Source of the DNA: a virus
Lineage: Duplodnaviria; Heunggongvirae; Uroviricota; Caudoviricetes
IMG/VR virus record: IMGVR_UViG_3300035212_002004
Span: 1 to 40,099 of that record
Strand: one strand, 5' to 3'
DNA length: 40,099 bases
Position numbers and translations under genes: made by a program
The notes under the pieces: model-generated
The model's input: the letters and a program-made list of their open reading frames with translations, nothing else
Database searches by the model: none
What the model was told of the DNA's origin: nothing
Shown: positions 9,905-18,887 of the stretch, in pieces
Layout: the number at the start of each line of letters is the position of its first letter
Position numbering within the stretch: the first letter of the stretch is position 1

Positions 9905-11332
9905 TTAATACGTTAATGTATGAACTATTTCTAATGGAGCCAAATCTTTTACCTTAATGAATTCAAAAGTCTTTCTAGGTTTAAATGATGATAAGGTGTT
10001 ATCAATATCTCTGATGACATTATTACACATTGTTCTAGCTGACATACCTGATTCCTCAGATGTTGCCCATTCTCTACCTTTTAATCCTTTAGCATTTCTA
10101 TCTTCAGGTGTTAATTCATAAACTTGTTGGATAGCTTTAGCTAAATCTCTAAAATCTAATCTATCATCCCAAATATAAGGTGTAGTAGGTGAACCAACTA
10201 ATGACATATTAGAAGGGAATACAGGTACTGCCCATTCTCCATGTTTTTTATAAGTTCCAAAGTGGTTTGATGGGAAGTCTTTAGTAAATTCAATCCATCT
10301 CCCCTCTTCATCTTCAAAACGCATCTGATCTTGCATACCACCTGTTACATTAGCAATAATCATAGTTCCTGCCATCATAGCTTCAGTTAAAGCTAATCCC
10401 CACCCTTCGTTTGAAGAAGGTAAAACTGTTACATCTGCAACATTATATAAGTTATTCAATTCAGCTGTATCAATTCTTTGATCTGAAAAGAATATATTTG
10501 AGTTTTTACCAAATAATAATTCTCTTACAGCATATAAATCGGTACCATTATCATCTACGGGTTGAGTGTGAAGTACTAAAGCAATTTTATCAGCTTTTTC
10601 TTTAGGTAAACCATCTACAAATAACTTATGAGCAGCCATTAAATCACTAACAGATTTACGTCTAATATTTCTTGAATTAAAAAATACTGTAAAATCAAAT
10701 TCTTTATCTCCAAATAATTTTTTCTTAGTAGCTTCTAGTAAGGATTTATCTTCTACTGGATAGAATTGTTTTTCATTAATACCATGTGGTACATAAGTAA
10801 TAATTTTATCTTTAGCTAAGTCTCCTAGTACTAATTCATTAATATTTTTGGTTTGTTTTGAAATAGCTAATAAGGTATCACATGACTCATAAAAATGTTT
10901 GTTATATAATGGAGCTGGTAGATCATCCCAAATATTAAGATAAACCATTGGGATTTTTTTTCTTATTTCGTTTTCCATTGCAAATAACCAATCCCAATAT
11001 CTTGGATCAGTAAAAAAGAATATAGCATCTGGTTTTTCATTATTAATCAATGCTCTAATGAGTTCAGGGTTACCATAACCATTATTTGGGTATAATATAA
11101 CTTTTGAATCTGTATTACCAGTTTCTTGGTTAGTAGCTTGAGATAAATCAAGTCTTTGACCAGCTTCAGGATGATTAATAGCGGCTCCTAATGAAACCCA
11201 ATTGTAGTGATGAGCACTTCCTAAGACTATTTCTCTAGCCATTGTTGCAATACCCGAGTGCATTCTAAGATCATCACAAAGAAAAAGTATAGTTTTTCTC
11301 TGTTCTGGTGGTAAATAACCTTCTTTTGACAT
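9905..11332 (-). CDS. glycosyltransferase family 4 (GT-B)
   Basis: HSG, VPHG, SRNIRRK, NEGWGLALTEAMMAG (EX7E), TGG. Confidence 0.9.
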   Translation of the reverse strand: MSKEGYLPPEQRKTILFLCDDLRMHSGIATMAREIVLGSAHHYNWVSLGAAINHPEAGQRLDLSQATNQETGNTDSKVILYPNNGYGNPELIRALINNEKPDAIFFFTDPRYWDWLFAMENEIRKKIPMVYLNIWDDLPAPLYNKHFYESCDTLLAISKQTKNINELVLGDLAKDKIITYVPHGINEKQFYPVEDKSLLEATKKKLFGDKEFDFTVFFNSRNIRRKSVSDLMAAHKLFVDGLPKEKADKIALVLHTQPVDDNGTDLYAVRELLFGKNSNIFFSDQRIDTAELNNLYNVADVTVLPSSNEGWGLALTEAMMAGTMIIANVTGGMQDQMRFEDEEGRWIEFTKDFPSNHFGTYKKHGEWAVPVFPSNMSLVGSPTTPYIWDDRLDFRDLAKAIQQVYELTPEDRNAKGLKGREWATSEESGMSARTMCNNVIRDIDNTLSSFKPRKTFEFIKVKDLAPLEIVHTLTY

Positions 11333-11363
11333 AAATTTTATTTTATAACGATTGTTTTTTATT

Positions 11364-11552
11364 TTATTTGTTTAAATCTAGATCCATATGATTATGGATG
11401 GCTTTTCTAAATTCTTCATCTGTAAGGTATAGATGCATACCTCTTTCTGCTAATTTTTGAAGTGAAAATTTGGTTTTAACACATTCGATTTTAAATGCTT
11501 CGAAGATATCTTTATCTACTTTAACACTTGTTAGTTGTTGATTTTGTGACAT
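11364..11552 (-). CDS. small protein, possible ribbon-helix-helix DNA binder
   Basis: LTSVKVDKDIFEAFK alternating strand then two helices; 62 aa. Confidence 0.5.
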   Translation of the reverse strand: MSQNQQLTSVKVDKDIFEAFKIECVKTKFSLQKLAERGMHLYLTDEEFRKAIHNHMDLDLNK

Positions 11553-11590
11553 AATTTGTTTTATTAATTTATATTGTTATATATAAATAT

Positions 11591-12574
11591 CTAAGTAGGT
11601 TGGAAGAATGCAAACATTGTCTTAGGTTTTTCATTCTGGTCACATAAATCAGAGTTATCCTTGTAAGGGCAGAAATGACAGTTGTGCTTATTAGGACGTT
11701 TTTCAAAATCAGTTGGTTTATACCCACCATCACTATTAAAGGCTTCTAATAAGAAATTATCTAATAATTGCCCAGCTTTGTTCAACTTAACTTTACCTGA
11801 TGCTGGGATGAATTCTTGGATACGTTTTTGAGGGTAATCTCCTTCTTCGAATATTTTTCTACGAGTAATAAAGAATTCTATTTCAATGTTATCAACTGGA
11901 AAGTTATATTGTTCAGCAAATAATTTTTTGTATAAGATTAATTGGGTTTGTTTTACCTCGTCTTTTTTATCTTTATCACCCCAACCTCTTGTAGATGTTT
12001 TGATATCAAAAATTTTAACTGTGTTTGTATCTTCATGATACAAAACTAAATCCAGGTATCCAATAAATCTTACATTTGGGATTGACTTGTGGGGTTGTAG
12101 GTTTAAAGGTATCTCTACACCAACTAAATGCCATCCCCTTTTGGAAAAATATTTAGCTTTTTTAGCCTTAATGTATTTGATAATGTTAACTCCATCATCA
12201 TAAAATTCAGCTAGTTCAGCAGTGTCACTAAAATGGATGTTTTTATTCTTTTTGTAGGCATTTTGATATTCAACTCTCAGCGATTCTTTAAGTAAAGAAT
12301 TTAAATCTAATCTATCAGCCGCTGCTACACTTACATTGTAAAATACAGTTAGATACTGCTGAATAGTTGTATGTAGTGCAGTACCAAATACAGCATGTAT
12401 ACTAGGTGTATAGATTTTATGACCGTCTCTATACCTTAAACCCCATTGGTGAGGGCAATTAGAAAACATGCTAAGTTGTGAGTAAGATATTGATTTTTGG
12501 AACCCATATTGTACTTCGGGAATCACTATGGATTTTATATCTTTAAGTATTTTAGGGGTTACTTTCTTTTTCAT
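11591..12574 (-). CDS. PD-(D/E)XK exonuclease, Cas4/AddB-like with Fe-S cysteines
   Basis: SYSQL...CP, GTALH, GYLDLV, DIKTS, QLILY, C-terminal CHFCPY.....C. Confidence 0.85.
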   Translation of the reverse strand: MKKKVTPKILKDIKSIVIPEVQYGFQKSISYSQLSMFSNCPHQWGLRYRDGHKIYTPSIHAVFGTALHTTIQQYLTVFYNVSVAAADRLDLNSLLKESLRVEYQNAYKKNKNIHFSDTAELAEFYDDGVNIIKYIKAKKAKYFSKRGWHLVGVEIPLNLQPHKSIPNVRFIGYLDLVLYHEDTNTVKIFDIKTSTRGWGDKDKKDEVKQTQLILYKKLFAEQYNFPVDNIEIEFFITRRKIFEEGDYPQKRIQEFIPASGKVKLNKAGQLLDNFLLEAFNSDGGYKPTDFEKRPNKHNCHFCPYKDNSDLCDQNEKPKTMFAFFQPT

Positions 12575-12577
12575 TAC

Positions 12578-13069
12578 CTACTTTTTCCATTTACCTTTAC
12601 TAACTATTTGAGCTATAATTCCATAATTAGTTAAATCAATCCATGAATCCATGGTTGGTTCATTATCTAGTGGGTTTTTGTTACCCAATAATACTAGATT
12701 TTTTAATCTGTTCATCTTATCATTCATTCTGATCCAAATTGAAGTAAGTGAAAATTTAACTTCATCTTTGGTTTCTAAATTAGAACCCATTGAAATATTT
12801 CCCATTCCATATGATAACATTTTTTGAGCAAATAACTCATATTGTGCTACTATTATTTCTTGGAACTCATTAGCAATAATAGGATATTCTTTTTCTAATC
12901 TATTAACTATTTCTGATTTGTAAGGATAAGGTTTATCATCTAAATCTATAGTATAGTTAGGTTTTACGTCTATATTTTTTGTCATTTCTTCATTTGCTTT
13001 TTTAAAGACATTTATAGCTTGTTCTTCTTGTTGTTTTCTATCAAAGAAGGCATTTACTGAATCGCTCAT
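12578..13069 (-). CDS. DUF1599-like (nucleotide modification associated) protein
   Basis: K..SYG..N, IRMNDKMNRLKNL, DSWIDLTNYGIIA. Confidence 0.7.
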   Translation of the reverse strand: MSDSVNAFFDRKQQEEQAINVFKKANEEMTKNIDVKPNYTIDLDDKPYPYKSEIVNRLEKEYPIIANEFQEIIVAQYELFAQKMLSYGMGNISMGSNLETKDEVKFSLTSIWIRMNDKMNRLKNLVLLGNKNPLDNEPTMDSWIDLTNYGIIAQIVSKGKWKK

Positions 13070-13485
13070 TTTAATAACTTTTTAATTTCTTTATCAGTTG
13101 TTCCTGTTTGTAATAATATCTCTATAACATCTTGTTTAGTAATAATACTACAGTAATCTATAACTTCTCTAGTACTAATTTGGAAATAAGAAGCTAGTAA
13201 ACCTAGTACTTCATTATTGTAAATAGCTTTAGTGGGTTTAATATACTTTGAAAACGATTTTTGTTTGGGTAAAACTTGGCAATAAAATTGATATAACTTT
13301 TCTTTTGGTATAGAGAATTCTTGTATTTCAGCAACTATTTCAATATGGTTAGGATTCATTGATATGATCTTATTAACCATAAAGTTACTAAAAATATCAT
13401 GCTCCTCGTTCGAAAACGAGGACCATGGTAATTTGTCGTATTGCATTTGCTTTACCCAATCAAAAACTGATTTAATTTGAGTCAT
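13066..13485 (-). CDS. clamp loader small subunit (T4 gp62-like)
   Basis: FD....., FMVNKIISM, LY.FY...LPK....KYIK, YF.IS..E; adjacent to large subunit. Confidence 0.75.
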   Translation of the reverse strand: MTQIKSVFDWVKQMQYDKLPWSSFSNEEHDIFSNFMVNKIISMNPNHIEIVAEIQEFSIPKEKLYQFYCQVLPKQKSFSKYIKPTKAIYNNEVLGLLASYFQISTREVIDYCSIITKQDVIEILLQTGTTDKEIKKLLK

Positions 13486-13714
13486 CTTCGATTATGAATT
13501 TTAATTCTTCAGGTAATCCTTCTTTTAGAATTTCTCCTGTCTCAGGATCATAAAATACTTGAATTGGTAAAACATTATCATCAGCTGTACCTGTTACAAA
13601 TTTAGATACTTTTCTTAGTAAATATCCTTGATGCCAAATTTTACCTCCAGCTGCTGTTAAAATTGGAGTTGTTTTTTTAATGTCTAAACTTAATTGTGGT
13701 TGTTGATCTGTCAT
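13472..13714 (-). CDS. hypothetical protein
   Basis: 80-aa ORF between clamp loader subunits. Confidence 0.65.
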   Translation of the reverse strand: MTDQQPQLSLDIKKTTPILTAAGGKIWHQGYLLRKVSKFVTGTADDNVLPIQVFYDPETGEILKEGLPEELKFIIEDDSN

Positions 13715-13720
13715 TTTTAT

Positions 13721-14632
13721 TTATTTTGTTGTTAATAATTTTGAGATGCAAGCCATCATAGTCACCTCTTTATCAGGAGCCATAAGACTTTTATATTGGT
13801 AATCTGCTATTATAAGTGTAGCTACTGCTGAATTACTATATTCATCTGATCTTTCAAATAATACTCTATAAAGCTCATTATAATCTCTAATATTTGAATC
13901 AGCAACTATTTGTCTTATAGTATTAAAATCTCCAATTTTATGAAGTGAAAGTAATTCTATAATCTTATTAGATATTTGGTTAAGATTTGTAACTTCTCTA
14001 CTTTGCTGTAATTCACCATCTTTAATTGAGGATTGTAATAAATTTAAAGTTTTTCTAATATCAGGGTAAGTTTGTTTAACAATATTTACCACATCTATAT
14101 TAATAAAATATATATTCTCTTCATTTAATATATTAATACATTTAACAGCCACATCCTTCATAGATGGAGGAGTTAATTCAAATATTACAGTTCGAGATTG
14201 AATAGGATCTATAACACGTTCAATGTAATTACAAGTAAAAATAAAACGTGTATTTAAACTAAATGTTTCAATCACATTACGAAGTGCGGCTTGAGCGTTG
14301 ATAGTCAAGAAATCAGCCTCATCCATTACAACTACTTTTTGTGGTTTAAAACTAGCAGCAGAAGCAAATGATTTTACCTTATCTCTAATAGTATCAATAC
14401 CATTTTCATCAGAACAGTTAATATATAATGAATCACAATTGATATTGTTCACTATTAATTTAGCTGCAGTTGTTTTACCTACTCCTGCACCACCACAAAG
14501 TAGTAAGTGAGGGATATCATTAGAATCAATCCATTGTTGTAAAGACGATTTAAAATCATCATTACCAATGTATCCTTCTAGAGTATCAGGTCTGTATTTT
14601 TCTGTATAAAGAGTATGTTTTTTATTTATCAT
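13721..14632 (-). CDS. clamp loader large subunit (RFC / T4 gp44-like AAA+ ATPase)
   Basis: EKYRP, GGAGVGKTT Walker A, MDEAD Walker B, AQAALR, IQSR, PDIRK. Confidence 0.95.
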   Translation of the reverse strand: MINKKHTLYTEKYRPDTLEGYIGNDDFKSSLQQWIDSNDIPHLLLCGGAGVGKTTAAKLIVNNINCDSLYINCSDENGIDTIRDKVKSFASAASFKPQKVVVMDEADFLTINAQAALRNVIETFSLNTRFIFTCNYIERVIDPIQSRTVIFELTPPSMKDVAVKCINILNEENIYFINIDVVNIVKQTYPDIRKTLNLLQSSIKDGELQQSREVTNLNQISNKIIELLSLHKIGDFNTIRQIVADSNIRDYNELYRVLFERSDEYSNSAVATLIIADYQYKSLMAPDKEVTMMACISKLLTTK

Positions 14633-14645
14633 AACTTAAATATAT

Positions 14646-14665
14646 GGAGGAGCTTTCGCTCCTCC
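14646..14665 (-). terminator. GC-rich hairpin after groEL, overlapping a promoter-like element (14637-14668)
   Basis: minus strand GGAGGAGC-GAAA-GCTCCTCC perfect 8-bp stem with GNRA loop; weak U tract. Confidence 0.6.
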
Positions 14666-14672
14666 TAATTTA

Positions 14673-16310
14673 TTACATCATTCCTTGTTGAGGATTTTGT
14701 TCTTCTTTATCTTCTTTTTTCTCATAAATTACAGATTCTGTTGTTAAAATAGTACCTGCAACTGATGCTGCGTTTTCTAAAGCAATACGAGTTACTTTTT
14801 TAGGATCAATAATACCAGCTTCTTTAAAATCAATAGTTGATAAATTTTTATAATTAAGACCCGCCCAATTATTTTCTTTTTCTGAATCGGTTAATTTTGA
14901 ACCTAAGTATTGTACTTCTACAATATCGTGGCCTGCGTTAGTTAATATCTTTTGGAATGGAGCTGCTACTGCTCTATAAACAATTTTCTTACCTAAAATA
15001 AAATCATTTGAACCTTCAAATGTGATTGATTTTCTAGCATATAATAAAGCTGTTCCACCACCTACTACAATACCTTCTTCTAAAGCAGCTTTTGTAGCAA
15101 ATAAAGCATCTTCTACTCTATCTTTTTTCTCTCTAATTTCTAATTCACTGTTACCACCTACATTAATAATAGCTACCCCTCCAATTAGTTTACCTAAACG
15201 CTCTTGTAATTTCTCTTTTTCAAATGGTGAACCCGCATTATCAATTTGAGTTTTAATCTCTGCCGCTCTAGCTGTAATAATAGCTTCTTCACCTTTACCA
15301 TCTACAATAGTAGTTTTATCTTTACCAATTGTAGCAGTACGAGCAGTACCCATACATTGTTTTAAAGTAGCAACATCAATTTTATCTAATTTATGACCTT
15401 TATCTTTAGATAATACTTGACCACCTGTAATAATAGCTAAATCTTCTAAAGCCATTGTTCTGCGATCTCCAAAATCTGGTGCTTTAACTGCAACTACATT
15501 TACAACTCCTCTCATTTTGTTAACTATTGTCACAGCTAATGCTTCTCCATCAATATCTTCTGCAACTATTAATAAGGATTTAGTTTCTGAGTTAGCTATT
15601 GTTAAAGCGTTTACTAATTCATTTACATTACCAATTCTACCATTATAAATTAAGATATAAGGATTGTCTAATATAGCGGTCATTGTATTATTATCTGTAA
15701 CAAAATAAGGTGATTTATAACCTCTATCAAATTGCATACCTTCAACAATCTCTAATGAAGTTTCACCTGTTTTAGATTCTTCAATAGCTACAACTCCATC
15801 TCTACCTACTTTTTCTAAAGCAGTAGCGATTAAGTTACCAATTTCTTCATCATTGTTACCTGAGATAGTAGCAACTTCTTTAATTTGTTGGTTATCTGAA
15901 ATATCTTCTGTTAGATTATTAAGAGATGTTTTTAATTCTTCAACTGCGGCATCAATACCTTTTTTAATTTCTACTGCGTTTTGTCCGGCATTAACATGTT
16001 TAAGACCTTCTTCTAGGATAGCATATGTTAATAAAGTACTTGTAGTTGTACCATCACCTACTTCATTAGCAGATTTAATTGATACTTTTTGCACTAATTC
16101 AGCTCCTGTAGATTCAATTGGATCTTCTAATTCTCTAAAAGCTTTAGCTACTGATACTCCATCTTTAGTCACTGTTAATTGACCATAATCTCCTTTAATT
16201 AATACTGTTCTACCTGCAGGTCCTAGAGTAGAAGAGACACTATCATTAAGTTTTTTTACCCCTGATAGTAATTTAGTTTTTAATTCTGTTCCGAATGATG
16301 TTTCTGTCAT
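14673..16310 (-). CDS. groEL: chaperonin GroEL
   Basis: TLGPAGR, TKDGVSVA, GDGTTT, EGMQFDRGY, KAPDFGDRR, EKLQERL, GIIDP; 545 aa. Confidence 0.97.
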   Translation of the reverse strand: MTETSFGTELKTKLLSGVKKLNDSVSSTLGPAGRTVLIKGDYGQLTVTKDGVSVAKAFRELEDPIESTGAELVQKVSIKSANEVGDGTTTSTLLTYAILEEGLKHVNAGQNAVEIKKGIDAAVEELKTSLNNLTEDISDNQQIKEVATISGNNDEEIGNLIATALEKVGRDGVVAIEESKTGETSLEIVEGMQFDRGYKSPYFVTDNNTMTAILDNPYILIYNGRIGNVNELVNALTIANSETKSLLIVAEDIDGEALAVTIVNKMRGVVNVVAVKAPDFGDRRTMALEDLAIITGGQVLSKDKGHKLDKIDVATLKQCMGTARTATIGKDKTTIVDGKGEEAIITARAAEIKTQIDNAGSPFEKEKLQERLGKLIGGVAIINVGGNSELEIREKKDRVEDALFATKAALEEGIVVGGGTALLYARKSITFEGSNDFILGKKIVYRAVAAPFQKILTNAGHDIVEVQYLGSKLTDSEKENNWAGLNYKNLSTIDFKEAGIIDPKKVTRIALENAASVAGTILTTESVIYEKKEDKEEQNPQQGMM

Positions 16311-16312
16311 AA

Positions 16313-16606
16313 TTAATCTTCAATAATTGATAAAATGTTTTCTTGTGAAGTAATAAAATATTCTTCATTGTCTAATTTATGTTTTTGTACTCCCATTGGT
16401 GGTAATACAACTTTCATACCTACTTTTAAATCTGTTGGTATAAATTCACCTCTATGGTAATTATAAACATCAGATACTGCTGTAATAATAGCGGTAAGTG
16501 TTTTTTCATTACCTACATCTGGTATAATAATATTACCCACCATCATTTCTGATTCTTCTAAGGGTTTTAAAATAATTTGGCCCATTCGGGGTGTTAATTT
16601 ACTCAT
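16313..16606 (-). CDS. groES: co-chaperonin GroES
   Basis: 97 aa, P....IILKP, GNIIIPD, LKVGMKV, EYFI...NILSII; immediately upstream of groEL. Confidence 0.85.
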   Translation of the reverse strand: MSKLTPRMGQIILKPLEESEMMVGNIIIPDVGNEKTLTAIITAVSDVYNYHRGEFIPTDLKVGMKVVLPPMGVQKHKLDNEEYFITSQENILSIIED

Positions 16607-16901
16607 AAGAAATTAAATTTTTTAAATTGGTTAAAGTTGTTTCTAATTCTGTAATATACTCTTTAATAGTGTATACAGGTTTTTTTTCTATAATTTGGTT
16701 TTTAACTACTTTTTTTAATGCGTAATTTAAATTAGTAAAATAACCTACTATTTTTTCTTTTTTAGTTATAGGATCAGTAAAGATTAGATTATAAGATTCT
16801 TCATCAAAGATTATTTTATAATCTCCTAAAACAGGATCTTCAATAAGTGATGTTTTTTTAATAGAACCTGCTTGACGACCTTTAAAATTTGGATTTGCCA
16901 T
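16599..16901 (-). CDS. hypothetical protein
   Basis: 100-aa ORF downstream of promoter motif 16927-16958. Confidence 0.65.
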   Translation of the reverse strand: MANPNFKGRQAGSIKKTSLIEDPVLGDYKIIFDEESYNLIFTDPITKKEKIVGYFTNLNYALKKVVKNQIIEKKPVYTIKEYITELETTLTNLKNLISYE

Positions 16902-16926
16902 ATTTGTTTATGTTTTTTATATTAAA

Positions 16927-16958
16927 TCAATATACGAAAGGTATTTATGGAAGCCTAC
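16927..16958 (-). promoter_or_regulatory. variant promoter copy (GTAG-N20-TATATTGA)
   Basis: TTCGTATATTGA core with same spacing as other copies, intergenic. Confidence 0.55.
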
Positions 16959-16961
16959 CCT

Positions 16962-17684
16962 TTATTCAGAGAAAGCAACAAGATAATATTCTGATTTAAT
17001 TCCATCTTCTTCAAGTTGAATTTTCATTAAACCATCTTTGAAGATATATGCTTTACCCTTAGCATTTTTACTAACTGATACTATTTCTCTTAGATTAGTA
17101 GCACTAAATGGGATAGGTTTTATTTTATTTGTTATAGTACCTGGTTCAAAGAAATTTACTTTGTTTGAATAAGATGATTTTTCCCCTATAATAAAATTAA
17201 TAACGTCTTGACCTTGAAAATCAGTATCAAGACCAATTTCTAGTCTTGGTGGTTTATCAAGTGCATTATGGGCTTTAACTAATTTTTGACAAAATTCAAA
17301 ATTAATATCAAATTCTAAATCATGAGGTGGTAAGTTTGATATAACGCTTGGGTCTTGAATTAGACCTAAATCACTTAAGTTATAAACTAAATCAAATTGG
17401 TTATCGCTGATATTTAAACGTAAGAAATGATTACCTTGTTTAACAAGGTTAAGTTCAATATGCTCGTTGGTTATACCAAGTAGTTTAAGCAATTGTCCTG
17501 TATTGTAAATACCGATTTCACAGTCTTCTAATTCGATTGGTGCTGATATTTCACCAATACAATCTTTATTATCAGTGGCAAACTTAATGTGTACTTGTTT
17601 ATCTTGTACTTTAAGTTTTACTTGTGAAGTTAGTCCATTTAGATAGAAACTATCTATTGTTTGTACAAATAATTTTTTGTCCAT
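16962..17684 (-). CDS. DNA polymerase sliding clamp (T4 gp45-like)
   Basis: 240 aa, EIGIYN..QLL.LL, DGLMKI....SEYYLVA; sits between polymerase and clamp loader. Confidence 0.75.
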   Translation of the reverse strand: MDKKLFVQTIDSFYLNGLTSQVKLKVQDKQVHIKFATDNKDCIGEISAPIELEDCEIGIYNTGQLLKLLGITNEHIELNLVKQGNHFLRLNISDNQFDLVYNLSDLGLIQDPSVISNLPPHDLEFDINFEFCQKLVKAHNALDKPPRLEIGLDTDFQGQDVINFIIGEKSSYSNKVNFFEPGTITNKIKPIPFSATNLREIVSVSKNAKGKAYIFKDGLMKIQLEEDGIKSEYYLVAFSE

Positions 17685-17686
17685 GT

Positions 17687-18622
17687 TTATGAGAATGTGA
17701 AAAATTTATATATTAAGGGATTTGCTGGGGGTAATGACCATTCAAGATCATCATAAAATCCTTGTAGTTTATTTTGTAATATAGTTTGAAAACTCTTATC
17801 TCTATCAATATACTCATTAATAAAGTCTCTAATCTTATCAGGCATGTCAAATTCCATAAAAGCAATTGCTTCCATTTTATACGGATTATCTTTTAAATAA
17901 ACCCATTTTATTTTATCACCTTGTACAATTTGACTGTAGTCCTTATCTAAACTCCAAAATCTTAATAAGTCATTATAACAAGTGGCAGCTTTAACATTAG
18001 CACCTGCTCCTTTTTTAAGAATAGATAATATCTTGCCGGGTTTTGGGATAGATTCAACATAATCATTTAATACTTTAACTGATGTTGGATTTCCAATTAA
18101 ACAAAAATTTATATTAGGTGAAGTTGCTTCTGTTCTAAAATCTGATATTTGTTTATCTATAATAGACTGAGGTGTACCTTTAATTATTAGTTCTAATAGA
18201 TTTTGATAAAATATCCCGAAATATTTAGGGAAATTAGCTTTTTTAAATTCTAATCCTTTAATATCAAGTTCTTCTACAGCTCTACCTTCTTTCTTAGTAA
18301 TCCATTGAGCATATCTTCTTGTTGCTCTAAAATAAGCAGAACGAATAACAGCTTCGGTTTTCATTTCTAATCTGTGAGTTGAAACATTAAATGCCTCTTT
18401 AGCCAGCACATCATAGTGTTCAGTTATGATGTCTTGGTACTTAAGAGCTACTTTCTCTAATATATCATCTTTTTCTTGATCAGTTTTAGTTTCAAAATCA
18501 GGATAAAGATGTAATAGAAGAGGTTCAGCATTGAAATAATTAGAGTCTGTATCCACATAAGCACAAAAGTTGAAATCATCTTCATCACAAATCCACCATG
18601 GAGTATCTTCTAAATGTTTCAT
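17687..18622 (-). CDS. family B DNA polymerase, C-terminal subunit (motif C palm + thumb)
   Basis: YVDTDS motif C, RRYA, IKGLE, GDKIKWVY; likely start MKHLED at 18622, 1 nt after the upstream stop. Confidence 0.9.
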   Translation of the reverse strand: MKHLEDTPWWICDEDDFNFCAYVDTDSNYFNAEPLLLHLYPDFETKTDQEKDDILEKVALKYQDIITEHYDVLAKEAFNVSTHRLEMKTEAVIRSAYFRATRRYAQWITKKEGRAVEELDIKGLEFKKANFPKYFGIFYQNLLELIIKGTPQSIIDKQISDFRTEATSPNINFCLIGNPTSVKVLNDYVESIPKPGKILSILKKGAGANVKAATCYNDLLRFWSLDKDYSQIVQGDKIKWVYLKDNPYKMEAIAFMEFDMPDKIRDFINEYIDRDKSFQTILQNKLQGFYDDLEWSLPPANPLIYKFFTFS

Positions 18623-18623
18623 A

Positions 18624-18887
18624 TTAAAATGTTCTTTCTCCTGGTACTGGTGGTAAATTAATGGGTCTGTTACCTCTTGAATCAATGTCTGTTCTTTCTT
18701 TAAGAATTATTTCAAAAGAGTTTCCATTAACTTTACATTTACCTCCTTGTTGTAACATTTTCTTAAAGAACTTTTCTTGTGAAGCATCCCAATTTTCAGA
18801 TAGTTCAATAACTAATTGTTTTTCAGCTTTAACTCCATTTAAGTTAATAGTAACCCCGTTTCTAATTGATTGTCCTTTTAATGCCAT
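18624..18887 (-). CDS. hypothetical protein inserted between the two PolB genes
   Basis: 87-aa ORF, ATG overlaps PolB-N stop (TAATG), stop abuts PolB-C start. Confidence 0.7.
   Translation of the reverse strand: MALKGQSIRNGVTINLNGVKAEKQLVIELSENWDASQEKFFKKMLQQGGKCKVNGNSFEIILKERTDIDSRGNRPINLPPVPGERTF

Noticed and set aside
11591-12574. CRISPR-associated cas4 locus
   Set aside because: No array or other cas genes nearby; stand-alone Cas4-like nucleases are common in phage replication modules.
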